In this document: one piece after another, positions 62,753 to 64,000 of the stretch
Layout: each line of letters opens with the position of its first letter
Numbering within the stretch: the first letter of the stretch is position 1
NCBI GenBank assembly: GCA_013265495.1
Contig: MU057777.1
Span: forward strand, 1 to 64,000
Direction of reading: 5' to 3'
Source of the DNA: Vicugna vicugna
Lineage: Eukaryota
DNA length: 64,000 nt
The notes under the pieces: model-generated
The model's database searches: none
Seen by the model: the letters and a program-made list of their open reading frames with translations, nothing else
What the model was told of the DNA's origin: nothing
Position numbers and translations under genes: made by a program

Positions 62753-64000
62753 TGATAATCCATAGCAGAAATTCCTTTTTCACCCTTTTCCTTCACTTCT
62801 AGTGAGTTAGCAAGACTTGCTAATACTACCATCTCAATAGGTTTTGAAACTTCTTGATATGTCTGCCAACATCTAAGCACCACACATCAGTCAGGGTAAT
62901 CTTTCAAACACTGTGGCCCCTGCCAACTTCTCAAACCTTATTTCTCAACCCTTCCTTGCACTCTATGCAGTGGCCAATATAGGCCAATATGACATCTTCT
63001 CTGTAACCTTCAAGCTGTTGCACATGCTTTTCCCTCTGACTGTTATATTCATCCTTACCTTCTCATCCTTCTTTCCTTGCCTAATTCATATTCAATATTC
63101 ATGACTCTGCTCAGTGGTTATATCTTGTAGGCAGTCATTTATAACTTTTCAGTTTGGGTTAGGTACCTCTCCTCTTTGTTTTTATAGCACTCTATATATT
63201 GCTTAAAAGCATTGATCACACTGTCTTATAATTGTCTATGTATTTGTTTTTGCCATAAGATGGTACTTTGAGGATAGGGAATGTGTCTTCTTCATCGTGG
63301 CCTGCCTAGCACTTATCACGATGTTGTTGAGTAAATCAATGAGCAGTGGTGAAGCTGCCTTATTAGTGACTCCAATATAGCTCACACATCAGAAATAAGA
63401 ATGATCCTCTCATCAAAACTATGAATGATCTTCTTCCGCCCTATTAGATATCCAGGTTAGGAGTTGCTAGGCACATACAGTACAGTAGTGAAATAATTTG
63501 TACTATGGGGCTAGACTAATCTCTTAAAAAGCCTCAAAACCCTCTTCATTTTAGTCAAGTTGGTATGCTTACTGTCATTCTTTCCATGACAAGCTCATTC
63601 TTACCTCTGAACTTGCCGTTTTTCTCCTTGAAATCACAGGCTCCTCCAATTAAATAACCATCTTTTCTTTTAAAATCTAGATAAAAATTAATTTAATTCA
63701 AGGAAGCTTCCTTGAATAACCCTATATTTCTTTGAAATTAACTATTTGGTAGGTATCAACTTAATTTGCATTTGCATATGGCATAAGATAGTTATGCTTC
63801 TTATATTTACTTATCTTATGTTTCATGGATACTGCATCCTACATTAAGGCAAGGACTATGTCTTCCATCCTTGGTTCTCTAGAAGTTCTCAGCTCTGTAT
63901 AAAGTTGACACTAAACAAATGTTTATTAACTAGATCTTGCCAAAATGCCAATACAGAAGAGAAACTAGGCACCCATCTTAACTCATTTCTCTCGTAACCT

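Noticed and set aside
1..64000. CRISPR arrays, prokaryotic operons, defence systems or a novel multi-gene system
   Set aside because: The sequence is intron- and retroposon-rich mammalian DNA. I saw no regularly spaced repeat-spacer array and no unexplained coding cluster.

Overview
Mammalian genomic DNA, most likely a camelid judged from two tRNA-Ala-derived Vic-1-like SINEs. It is syntenic with human distal Xq28. The window holds the complete, intact six-exon CDS of CLIC2 on the + strand (760-19476, 247 aa) and six consecutive 3' coding exons of TMLHE on the - strand (56523-34636; its 5' exons lie beyond the window). The two genes converge tail-to-tail about 15 kb apart, across an 886-N assembly gap inside an L1 cluster. 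The rest is mostly LINE-1 of several ages, plus L2, MIR, MLT1 LTRs, hAT DNA transposons and microsatellites; almost all ORFs in the supplied track are L1 remnants or spurious. I found no convincing new biological system. The best leads are the CLIC2/TMLHE orientation relative to human, a motif-dense CLIC2 promoter, and several rearranged, chimeric or converted L1 structures. Repeat family names are recognised by eye and their boundaries are approximate.
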